From Patescibacteria group bacterium (GTDB lineage: Bacteria > Patescibacteriota > Minisyncoccia > Phycocordibacterales > DATDWN01), in NCBI GenBank assembly GCA_030916785.1, contig JAUPVY010000001.1, forward strand, positions 1-25,359: a DNA stretch of 25,359 nucleotides, read 5' to 3'. Under the pieces are notes generated by a model. The model ran no database searches and was not told where the DNA came from. It saw only the letters and a program-made list of their open reading frames with translations. Shown here piece by piece: positions 16,259-24,776 of this stretch. Within the stretch, counting starts at the first letter, position 1, and the number at the start of each line of letters is the position of its first letter. A program made the translations under genes and the position numbers.

Positions 16259-16510
16259 ATGTCTACAAAAAAACTTTCTACTGGAGCGGTGCATAAAATA
16301 CCAACTGACTTTCGCACAGCGATTGAGTCTGATCCTGTGGTAAAACGTGTTTGGGCAGATATCACACCACTTGCTCGTAACGAATGGATTTGTTGGGTGA
16401 TATCTGCTAAAAAAGATGAAACAAGAGGTCGTCGTATAACAGTCGGTCTTGATAAAATGCGTAAAGGTATGCGCAGTCCATGCTGTTGGGCCGGCTGTCC
16501 TCACCGGTGA
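16259..16510 (+). CDS. YdeI/OmpD-associated family protein
   Basis: IPTDFRTAI...ARNEWICWVISAKKDETRGRRI; C-terminal CCWAGCPHR. Confidence 0.8.
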   Translation: MSTKKLSTGAVHKIPTDFRTAIESDPVVKRVWADITPLARNEWICWVISAKKDETRGRRITVGLDKMRKGMRSPCCWAGCPHR

Positions 16511-16538
16511 TTAATATATTCTATAAATTCAAATTAAT

Positions 16539-16868
16539 ATGAGTAAAATATATAAGATATTTATACATGCACTTCCTGTATTATGTATGGTTGCATTAAT
16601 TCCTGTTGTTACAAATGATTATATTCTCACTTTTATATATATCGGTATCATTATTTTATCCATGAAAATCAAACGGGAGAAGGGTGATTTGATTGTTCTA
16701 TCTTTCGGATTTATAGCAATGATTGTGTTTGAGTATTTATTTGTTAGTACAGGGGTTGAAGTATTTATTAGGAATACATTGTTTGGTTTAATGCCACTTT
16801 GGTTGCCTTTTCTATGGGCATATGGATTTGTCGCGATAAAACGAGGAGTTAAAGTTTTGGGTGAATAA
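16539..16868 (+). CDS. Small multi-pass membrane protein
   Basis: 109 aa, about 4 hydrophobic segments, MPLWLPFLW motif. Confidence 0.75.
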   Translation: MSKIYKIFIHALPVLCMVALIPVVTNDYILTFIYIGIIILSMKIKREKGDLIVLSFGFIAMIVFEYLFVSTGVEVFIRNTLFGLMPLWLPFLWAYGFVAIKRGVKVLGE

Positions 16869-16882
16869 TTTGTGGTGAGAGT

Positions 16883-18154
16883 TTAATAGTTGTGGGATTT
16901 TTGCCCTGCATGCGTGCCTGCGACGTAGCCAGTTGTCCAGCATAACTGCAAACTGTACCCACCTGATGGTCGGTCAATGTTTAATACATCGCCGACAACA
17001 TATAAATTTGGATACAAACGAGAACTCATGGTTTTGAAATCTACTTCTGTGAGATCAATACCACCACTTGATACAATGGCTTTGTCGGCACCAAGCAAAC
17101 CTGAAACTGTCATAGTGAGGTTTTTAAGTGTTGTGATAAGTTTCAATCTGTTGTCACGGGTGATGCTGTGGACGAGGGTTTCTGGATCAACACCAGTCAA
17201 CTCTAATACAATTGGGACAAGTGCAGAGGGGATCATTTCTCCGAGACAATTTTTAATTTTCTTTTTGTTTTGCTGTTTGAAAAAATCTTGCAAATGAAGG
17301 TTGAGTTTGTCATGACCAGAGGCGGGGAACAAATCAAGCGATACGGTTACATCACCGTATTTTAATAATTCACCAATATCTTTACTCATATTCAAAACTG
17401 TCGGTCCGGAAACACCAAAATGAGTAAATAAGATTTTTCCTTTTTTAACACCTTGTTTCTGTCCATCTTGGAGAAGGGTTATTTTGACACTAGGTATTGT
17501 TACCCCTTGGAGTTTTTTAACCCATTCGTCTTTGATAGCAACAGGAACTAATGCGAAACTCGGTTTGATGATAGTGTGACCAATATTTTTAAGCCATGTA
17601 AATCCATCGCCAGTTGAACCTGTTTCCGGTCGGGACAGACCACCCGTTGCAAGAATAAACATTTTGGCTTTGATTTCTGTGCCATCTGCCAGCACCACAG
17701 CACTTATTTTGTTTTCTACTGTTTTTAATTTTGAAACAGGTGAGTGGGACAATACAGTAACATGTTGTTCTCTCAGGTATTCTAAAAGCACATTGAGTAC
17801 AGACTGGGATTTATCGCTTGTGGGGAAGACACGTAACCCGGGTTCTATTTTTGTTTCCATTCCGCGAGAATTAAAAAACTGAAGTGTTTCGGCTACAGCA
17901 AACTGGGCAAATGTAGAGAATAGGAACTTTCCATCAGATTTGAATTTTTCTAATAGTGTTCGTACATCTTGTTCGGCGTTGGTGACGTTACAGCGACCAC
18001 CACCTGTAATGAGTAATTTTTTACCGAGAGCATCATTTTTTTCAAGTAATATAACACGGGCACCGTGTTGCGCTGCTGTTCCTGCGGACATCATGCCGGC
18101 TGGTCCACCACCAATGACTGCCACATCCCATATTGTATTATCTAGATTATTCAT
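16883..18154 (-). CDS. HI0933/YhiN family FAD-dependent oxidoreductase
   Basis: IGGGPAGM, GKKLLITGGGRCNVTN, LATGG, LFTHFGVSGP, GGYSLQLCWTTG. Start at 18154, 6 nt after TGgTAGAAT. Confidence 0.93.
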   Translation of the reverse strand: MNNLDNTIWDVAVIGGGPAGMMSAGTAAQHGARVILLEKNDALGKKLLITGGGRCNVTNAEQDVRTLLEKFKSDGKFLFSTFAQFAVAETLQFFNSRGMETKIEPGLRVFPTSDKSQSVLNVLLEYLREQHVTVLSHSPVSKLKTVENKISAVVLADGTEIKAKMFILATGGLSRPETGSTGDGFTWLKNIGHTIIKPSFALVPVAIKDEWVKKLQGVTIPSVKITLLQDGQKQGVKKGKILFTHFGVSGPTVLNMSKDIGELLKYGDVTVSLDLFPASGHDKLNLHLQDFFKQQNKKKIKNCLGEMIPSALVPIVLELTGVDPETLVHSITRDNRLKLITTLKNLTMTVSGLLGADKAIVSSGGIDLTEVDFKTMSSRLYPNLYVVGDVLNIDRPSGGYSLQLCWTTGYVAGTHAGQKSHNY

Positions 18155-18174
18155 CACGTGATTCTACCATATGT

Positions 18175-18202
18175 TGACAAAATATGTAAGGTGGTATATA
18201 AT
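18175..18202 (+). promoter_or_regulatory. sigma70 promoter of the helicase gene, overlapping the divergent flavoprotein promoter
   Basis: TTGACA-16 bp-TATAAT. Confidence 0.65.
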
Positions 18203-18233
18203 AGTATCAATTGAGTAAGCACTACGTTTCTGT

Positions 18234-18338
18234 TTGAGATTTTGTCTCCAACTGCCTAAAGATATATTTGTCTTTATACGAACGAAGGGGACACTAAAAA
18301 TCTCAATTATTAAAACGTCTTTACTATAAGTACAGACG
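18234..18338 (+). promoter_or_regulatory. Structured 5' leader of the DEAD-box helicase gene
   Basis: TTGAGATTTT/AAAATCTCAA, GTCTCC/GGGGAC, then CGTCT/AGACG stems. Confidence 0.55.
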
Positions 18339-18348
18339 GACAAAAAAT

Positions 18349-19620
18349 ATGGAAACAAGAACAAACAATAGTCCACAGGGACGGGTTTTTAGAAAACCTA
18401 ATTTTAAGAGTGGAGGAAGATCTCATGGAGGATTTTCACGAAATACACGAGGTGGTTATTCATCTCATGCACCCGTCTCGCGAGGGAAGCGAGTAGGGTT
18501 TGGTCGTGGTAAATCAACCCAGATTGATCCTTCACGGTTTATAAACAAAGCGGTGGCAGTTACACCGGCATCTGTATTCGTGCCAGAAAATCAATTTGTT
18601 GATTTTGCTATTGATGCACGTCTCAAAGCAAACATTATTGCTAAAGGATATGTATTGCCAACCCCGATTCAGGACAAGGCAATCCCTGCTGTTTTGTCTG
18701 GTGCAGATGTTGTTGGTATTGCTAACACCGGTACTGGTAAAACGGCAGCATTTTTGATACCTCTCATACATAAAATTCTGACACAACCAAAGGAAAACGT
18801 TCTTATCGTTGTGCCAACTCGTGAACTTGCCATACAAATTGAACAAGAACTGCAAGGGTTTATTACTGGCATGAAATTATATGCAACGTGTGTTGTCGGT
18901 GGGTCACCAATCGGGAAACAGATTAGAGACTTGAAATATAGAAATGAATTTGTTATCGGTACTCCAGGACGTATTAAAGATTTGATTGAACGAAAAGTGC
19001 TTAATCTTGCATTTTTCAAAACGGTTGTGCTTGATGAGGCAGACAGAATGTTGGATATGGGATTTGTAAATGATATGCGGTTTATGATGGCACAAATGCC
19101 ACGTGACAGACATACTCTGTTTTTCTCTGCAACTTTGTCGCCAGAAATTCAGGGTTTGATTAAAGAGTTTTTGTGTGATCCGATTATGATTTCGGTTAAA
19201 ACACAAGATACATCAAAAAATGTTGATCAGGATGTTATCCGGTTGAAAGCCGGTGATGATAAGTTGGACGTGCTTCACAAATTGTTAACTCAAAAAGAGT
19301 TTAACAAAGTATTGATTTTTGGACGGACAAAACACGGTGTTGAAAAGTTGTCAAAAAACCTAACTCAACGGGGATTTATGGCAGAGGCAATTCATGGAAA
19401 TAAAAATCAATCTGGACGACAGCGTGCGCTCAAACTTTTCAAAGAAAATCGAGTTCAAATACTTGTTGCGACAGACGTTGCGGCTCGAGGGCTTGATATC
19501 AACAACGTCTCACACGTTATTAACTTTGATATTCCTGCGACATACGAAGACTATGTTCACCGGATTGGCCGAACAGGTCGGGCGGGTAAAATGGGTACAG
19601 CTCTAACTTTTATTGCGTAG
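18349..19620 (+). CDS. DEAD-box RNA helicase with an Arg/Gly-rich N-terminal extension
   Basis: PTPIQ, TGTGKT, PTRELA, TPGR, DEAD, SAT, ARGLD, HRIGRTGR. Confidence 0.97.
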   Translation: METRTNNSPQGRVFRKPNFKSGGRSHGGFSRNTRGGYSSHAPVSRGKRVGFGRGKSTQIDPSRFINKAVAVTPASVFVPENQFVDFAIDARLKANIIAKGYVLPTPIQDKAIPAVLSGADVVGIANTGTGKTAAFLIPLIHKILTQPKENVLIVVPTRELAIQIEQELQGFITGMKLYATCVVGGSPIGKQIRDLKYRNEFVIGTPGRIKDLIERKVLNLAFFKTVVLDEADRMLDMGFVNDMRFMMAQMPRDRHTLFFSATLSPEIQGLIKEFLCDPIMISVKTQDTSKNVDQDVIRLKAGDDKLDVLHKLLTQKEFNKVLIFGRTKHGVEKLSKNLTQRGFMAEAIHGNKNQSGRQRALKLFKENRVQILVATDVAARGLDINNVSHVINFDIPATYEDYVHRIGRTGRAGKMGTALTFIA

Positions 19621-19738
19621 GCCGATTCCAGACAGTATATCTTTTTCCTAGATGACTTTGTGGGTAGGATATATTTTGGATATGTGGTATACTACGTACA
19701 GTTTTTTTATTTAGAAACTTAACGTTAATATAAATTAT

Positions 19739-19924
19739 ATGCAAGAACTCAAAGCACTATGTATGGCATGTCGAGATGCTAAAAACAAGCCAACAATGCA
19801 GGTTATGAATGACCCAAAGGTTACAGAAAAGAACAATCGTTTTTCTGCAAAAGGAAAATGTGCTAAATGTGGTGGAAACATGTTCAAGTTTCTCTCAAAG
19901 GACGACGCAGCAAAATTGAAATAA
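19739..19924 (+). CDS. Small Zn-ribbon protein (DUF5679-like)
   Basis: CMAC...KGKCAKCGGNMFK pattern. Confidence 0.7.
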   Translation: MQELKALCMACRDAKNKPTMQVMNDPKVTEKNNRFSAKGKCAKCGGNMFKFLSKDDAAKLK

Positions 19925-19930
19925 TTTCTC

Positions 19931-20479
19931 ATGAATAGAGTTGCTTTTATGGTGATTGGCATGGTTTTTTTGCTGTCCATTATATGGGCCGGTTTTCGTG
20001 CGCGACAGGCGGTTGCACCGACAGTTTCGTCATTTGCTGAATGTGTTGCTGCGGGCTATCCGGTTATTATAGAGAATATTCGTCAATGTAAAACCCCGGA
20101 CGGACGTAGATTTGCCGAGGAATTACCAGAAAAAATCACCTATACACATGCGTCAGCAGATTTGATTGTAGTTGAGTTACCGTTTCCCGGGGCGGTGACG
20201 GGTAAAACTTTTTCTGTTATTGGTAAAGCACAGGGGACATGGTTTTTTGAAGCATCATTTCCTGTTGTTGTATTAGATAAAGATGGAAAAGTGATTGCTA
20301 CAAGCATTGCACGAGCAAAAAAGGACTGGATGACCAATGACTTTGTGCCATTTGAAGCGGACTTTAAGGTGCCAGATGACTATATGGGTCCGGCCACGAT
20401 TGTACTCAAAAAAGATAACCCATCTGGCATGGCTGATAAAGACGCATCAATTTCATTTCCTATTACCATAGAGTATTAG
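19931..20479 (+). CDS. Membrane-anchored Gmad2-type immunoglobulin-like domain protein
   Basis: N-terminal TM; SFAECVAAGYPV...C; GTWFFEASFPV and DNPSG patterns. Confidence 0.75.
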   Translation: MNRVAFMVIGMVFLLSIIWAGFRARQAVAPTVSSFAECVAAGYPVIIENIRQCKTPDGRRFAEELPEKITYTHASADLIVVELPFPGAVTGKTFSVIGKAQGTWFFEASFPVVVLDKDGKVIATSIARAKKDWMTNDFVPFEADFKVPDDYMGPATIVLKKDNPSGMADKDASISFPITIEY

Positions 20480-20554
20480 TCAAATACGCAATGTTTTTTC
20501 ACCTGTGTACAACTTTGTTACATAGTATTTTTCTCATTGTAGTATAATATATGC

Positions 20555-21118
20555 ATGGACACGGACCGTGTCAAAGATCAAAAAACCGAGATCGCTGTAT
20601 TTGGAGGAGGGTGTTTTTGGTGCACGGAAGCAGTGTTTTCTATGATTCGTGGGGTAGTAGAAGTTATACCGGCATATACTGGTGGTAGTATTGCTAACCC
20701 AACATATGCAATGGTTTCAGCTGGCACTACGGGACACGTTGAGGTTGTTTCAATAAAATATGATCCGCAACTTGTTCCGTATCGGTTATTGCTCACTATA
20801 TTTTTTGCAAGTCATGATCCCACAACATTAAACCGTCAGGGTAATGATTTTGGTACTCAGTATCGGTCAGTTATTTTTTATACAACAGACGAACAAAGAA
20901 AAGAAGCGGAAGCGTGTATTCGCGAAATAAATACTTCTAATACAAAAGGTGACCGGGTTGTGACCACTGTTGAACCGTTAACGGTTCTGTATCCTGCAGA
21001 GGATTATCATAAAGAGTATTTTAGGTACCATACAGATGCCCCATATTGTCAGTTGGTTATCAATCCTAAATTAGAAAAAATTACAGCTGAATTTAGTGAC
21101 TTTATTAAAAAACAATAA
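20555..21118 (+). CDS. msrA: Peptide-methionine (S)-S-oxide reductase
   Basis: GGCFWC, GHVEVV, HDPTTLNRQGND.GTQYRS, AEDYH. Confidence 0.97.
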   Translation: MDTDRVKDQKTEIAVFGGGCFWCTEAVFSMIRGVVEVIPAYTGGSIANPTYAMVSAGTTGHVEVVSIKYDPQLVPYRLLLTIFFASHDPTTLNRQGNDFGTQYRSVIFYTTDEQRKEAEACIREINTSNTKGDRVVTTVEPLTVLYPAEDYHKEYFRYHTDAPYCQLVINPKLEKITAEFSDFIKKQ

Positions 21119-21144
21119 TACCCATGGCTGTGAGGGTATTATTG
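21113..21144 (+). terminator. Stem-loop terminator overlapping the msrA stop
   Basis: CAATAATACCC/GGGTATTATTG, 11-bp stem. Confidence 0.65.
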
Positions 21145-21516
21145 CTTGGTGGTCTGCCTCCGAGAAAATAGAGGAGAGTCTTTGTGATGAGATATTGTGT
21201 TTCTAATGGGGTGCTCATAACGCCCACATACGCGAAACAATGTCATCTATATAAATTATGTGACAGTCCCTTCCAGGGAGGTTACCTGCAAATATTTTCC
21301 AATGTAGATAATAAAATGTCAATGATTGTATGGTGCATATTCGGTGCATAATATGTGTACAAATATAAAATATGTTGTGTTATATGTTCATAATCATAAC
21401 TATGATTAATTCTAGAAATACCAGTCAGCACTAGTTATCGGTATTCGTCAAGAACGCCTGTTCATTGAATGTTGTGCCATGTGGTATACTTGTGTATATA
21501 TCCTAAATACACATAT

Positions 21517-21966
21517 ATGAAAACCACACCACTATCACTTGAGGAAATAAAAAAAATTAGGACGCCAGTTCGTAATATCAACATTGAGCACAAGGAACAT
21601 TTAACTCGATTGGAATTGTTTGCCCTATGGGTTACGAAAAATATCGGTACGATGGGTTTCTTTTTCTTCATTCTCGCTTTTAATGTGGCATGGATTTTAT
21701 GGAATGTGCTTGCTCCAGGTCAATTTGTTTTTGATGCTGGGTGGAGTTTTCTTATTTTGCTTTTTATAAATAACATATTACAGATTTTGTTTATGCCTCT
21801 TATTATGGTTGGGCAAAATCTGCAGGGAAGGCATTCTGAAGCACGTGCCGAAGCCGATTACGAAGTTAATACAAAAGCAGAGCGGGAAATTGAAACAATT
21901 TTGGCTCACCTCGAAAATCAAAACGATATGATGTTGGAAATACTTGAGAAAATTGAGAAAAAATAG
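21517..21966 (+). CDS. DUF1003-like membrane protein (start MKTTPL)
   Basis: IGTMGFF, two TM helices, PLIMVGQN, AEADYEVN.KAEREI. Confidence 0.8.
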   Translation: MKTTPLSLEEIKKIRTPVRNINIEHKEHLTRLELFALWVTKNIGTMGFFFFILAFNVAWILWNVLAPGQFVFDAGWSFLILLFINNILQILFMPLIMVGQNLQGRHSEARAEADYEVNTKAEREIETILAHLENQNDMMLEILEKIEKK

Positions 21967-21968
21967 AC

Positions 21969-22002
21969 ACTAAAATAGCCACCATATGGTGGCTATTTTA
22001 GT
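21969..22002. terminator. Perfect 34-bp palindrome, bidirectional terminator
   Basis: ACTAAAATAGCCACCATATGGTGGCTATTTTAGT equals its own reverse complement and lies between convergent stops. Confidence 0.85.
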
Positions 22003-22004
22003 AT

Positions 22005-22409
22005 TCATTTTGAGTGGTGATGGGGACGTTCAGACAGTTTGTTTTTTATATCTCTAATATCATGTTCTATTTTATCTAACTCGTTTTCTACTCGTTTTAA
22101 CTCCGATCCTTCGGATTTGATTTCATCTTCAGTTTTTTCAACCAGTTTTTTCTCTCCTTTGAGTCCGCTGATGATAAGACGACTTCCAATAAATGTTGAT
22201 ACAAAAGCACCACTGAGTAGTAACATAATACTTCCAATGATTATAGATGCAAGTGCGCTTATGTTTGCTTCGTCTGCGATATGCCAAACACCTCGCCAGA
22301 AAAGAACAACTCCAATGCCACCAACCAATGCGTACAAAAGAGGGTTTTTACTAAGTTGTGCTCGTATTTTGTCTTCTAATACATCAAAAAAATGAATGAT
22401 TCCTTTCAT
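22005..22409 (-). CDS. Hypothetical membrane protein with a C-terminal coiled coil
   Basis: GGIGVVLFWRGVWH, two TM helices; extended -10 box 7 nt upstream. Confidence 0.8.
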   Translation of the reverse strand: MKGIIHFFDVLEDKIRAQLSKNPLLYALVGGIGVVLFWRGVWHIADEANISALASIIIGSIMLLLSGAFVSTFIGSRLIISGLKGEKKLVEKTEDEIKSEGSELKRVENELDKIEHDIRDIKNKLSERPHHHSK

Positions 22410-22463
22410 GATATATAGTGTAGCATATTTGCGTCAGATGTCTTGCCAGTATAGAATTGAATG

Positions 22464-23585
22464 ATGAAAAATTACATGGTGAAATGCCGAAATGGACTTA
22501 TTCGGTTTGCATATAAAGGTATTTTGAAACCTCTTTTTTTTAGACGAGATCCGGAAGATGTTCATGACGCAATGACGAGGGTTGGTGTTATGTTGGGTGC
22601 ACATGCATTTACTCGTACTATAACTCGATGGAAATTCGGTTATTCCGATTCATCATTACAACAACGTATTTGGGGAATTACATTTCCTAACCCAATTGGT
22701 CTTGCTGCTGGGTTTGATAAAGACGCTGAATTAACATCTATCATACCGTCGGTTGGTTTTGGTTTTGAGGAGATCGGTTCTGTCACTGGACTACCATGTG
22801 CAGGAAACCCCAAACCGCGACTGTGGCGACTTCCAAAGTCTCAGGGTTTGGTTGTGTGGTATGGTCTAAAAAATAAAGGGTCAAAATATATATCAGAAAA
22901 GTTACGAGGCAAAAAATTTCAATTTCCCATAGGTACAAGTGTTGCTATGACAAATTGCTCGGCTAACCTGGACATAACCACGGCTATTTCAGATTATCAT
23001 ATGGCATTTGAAGCATTCACTACTATCGGCGATTACTATACAGTTAACATCAGTTGCCCAAATGTAACCGGTGGGCAACCGTTTGTTGAACCAGAAAAAC
23101 TGGATTTGTTACTGACTGATTTGGATACAATTGTTACCGCCAAGCCTATCTGTATTAAACTGTCACCTGACATCTCGCTTGATGAGCTGGATCAGATTTT
23201 AGTTGTTGCAGAAAAACACAGGGTGCATGGAATTATCTGCGGGAACTTAACAAAAAATAAAGACAATAAGCGCATTATAGACAGTAACCTTTCAGAGCAT
23301 GGTGGTATTAGTGGCAAGCCAACAGAAGAATTATCAAATGCGTTGATTTCGCATATATACAAATCAAAAAAAGACAAGTTTGTGATTATTGGATGTGGAG
23401 GAGTTTTTTCTGCAGAAGATGCATACAAAAAAATCAAATCAGGTGCATCACTTATTCAGTTGATTACCGGGATGATTTTTGAAGGACCTCAGGTTGTAAG
23501 CGAGATTAATTGTGGACTTACTGACTTATTGAGACGTGATGGTTTTTCATCTATTTCCGAGGCGGTTGGGGTTGATTCACGGTAA
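22464..23585 (+). CDS. pyrD: Class 2-like (quinone-dependent) dihydroorotate dehydrogenase homologue with altered substrate motifs
   Basis: RDPEDVH, FPNPIGLAAGFDK, GNPKPRL, KLSPD, GGISGKP, IIGCGGV, GASLIQ. Start is 22461 or 22464. Confidence 0.88.
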   Translation: MKNYMVKCRNGLIRFAYKGILKPLFFRRDPEDVHDAMTRVGVMLGAHAFTRTITRWKFGYSDSSLQQRIWGITFPNPIGLAAGFDKDAELTSIIPSVGFGFEEIGSVTGLPCAGNPKPRLWRLPKSQGLVVWYGLKNKGSKYISEKLRGKKFQFPIGTSVAMTNCSANLDITTAISDYHMAFEAFTTIGDYYTVNISCPNVTGGQPFVEPEKLDLLLTDLDTIVTAKPICIKLSPDISLDELDQILVVAEKHRVHGIICGNLTKNKDNKRIIDSNLSEHGGISGKPTEELSNALISHIYKSKKDKFVIIGCGGVFSAEDAYKKIKSGASLIQLITGMIFEGPQVVSEINCGLTDLLRRDGFSSISEAVGVDSR

Positions 23586-23630
23586 TATATTGTACAGAGA
23601 TTATAAAATAATTATGGTATTATAATTTGC

Positions 23631-24380
23631 ATGAATACAAAAGTAATTGTGTGTGATTTAGATGGAACACTTGCTCCCAGCAAATCCGCTCTTGAACCAA
23701 GCATGGCTCATATTATTTGCCAAGTATTGAAAAAACATCGTTTTGCAATTATTTCTGGTGGGTCACATGAGCAATTTATTAAACAATTTTTGTCGCACCT
23801 CGTGTGTGAAGACAGGTATCTGGCTAACCTTTATTTATTTCCAACAAACGGAAGTGCCTGTTATGTATTTGACTACGAACACAATCTTGGATGGAAAAAA
23901 CTGTACGATGAACAACTAACAGTAGATGAACGAAAAAAAATAAAAGACGCCTTTGGTCGTGCAATTCCTGCATCAGGGGTAGTTACCGAGGAACCTTTTG
24001 GAGAGATTGTTGAAGATCGTGGTGGACAAATAACCTTTTCCGGAAGAGGTCAGGAAGCGCCGTTGGATGTTAAATCTGTTTGGGATCCAGACCAAACGAA
24101 ACGGAGGAAAATTGTTGATTTGTTAAAATTAGAAATTCCTGAATTTGAAATCCGTATGGGAGGTGCGACCTCTATTGATGTTACTCATCCGGGAATTACC
24201 AAAGCGTATGCTATTGGTAAAATCAAGGAAGTTTTGGGTGTTTCAACCGAAGATATCGTTTTTATTGGAGATGCGCTTTATTCTGGTGGTAACGATGAAT
24301 CTGCAAAGGAGACAGGGGTAGAATGCGTTGCGGTTAGTGGTCCAACAGAGACTGAAAAAGTACTGGCTATCTACATATAA
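23631..24380 (+). CDS. HAD subfamily IIB hydrolase, phosphomannomutase-like
   Basis: DLDGTL, ISGG, EDRGGQITFS, GGATSID, FIGD..YSGGND. Confidence 0.8.
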   Translation: MNTKVIVCDLDGTLAPSKSALEPSMAHIICQVLKKHRFAIISGGSHEQFIKQFLSHLVCEDRYLANLYLFPTNGSACYVFDYEHNLGWKKLYDEQLTVDERKKIKDAFGRAIPASGVVTEEPFGEIVEDRGGQITFSGRGQEAPLDVKSVWDPDQTKRRKIVDLLKLEIPEFEIRMGGATSIDVTHPGITKAYAIGKIKEVLGVSTEDIVFIGDALYSGGNDESAKETGVECVAVSGPTETEKVLAIYI

Positions 24381-24419
24381 CCATTGCGTTTTGTATTGCT
24401 TGAATGGTAAAATTTATCT

Positions 24420-24761
24420 ATGAATAGCGCCACAGAAACCCGCCCATGGGGGTCGTTTGTTACATTTGTGAAAAACGAACCGTGCACGGTTAAATTGATT
24501 TATGTAAATAAAGGTGAGTCTCTTAGTTTACAATACCATTTGAAAAGACAAGAATTTTGGAGAGTTATACAGGGCAATCCAGAGTTACTCATTGGAGAAG
24601 ACACACACAACCCAACAGTTGGTGATGAATTTGTTGTTGCGCCCGCAATACATCACCGAATCGCTGCTCCTGTTGATGACGTTATTATTTTAGAGGTTTC
24701 CACGGGTGAGTTTGATGAAGATGATATTGTTCGGGTTGAGGATAAATATGGCAGGGTTTAA
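24420..24761 (+). CDS. Stand-alone cupin, mannose-6-phosphate isomerase type II C-terminal-like
   Basis: RPWG, SLQYH..RQEFW, HRI, LEVSTGEFDEDDIVRVEDKYGR. Confidence 0.85.
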   Translation: MNSATETRPWGSFVTFVKNEPCTVKLIYVNKGESLSLQYHLKRQEFWRVIQGNPELLIGEDTHNPTVGDEFVVAPAIHHRIAAPVDDVIILEVSTGEFDEDDIVRVEDKYGRV

Positions 24762-24776
24762 TGTATAAGGACTACC

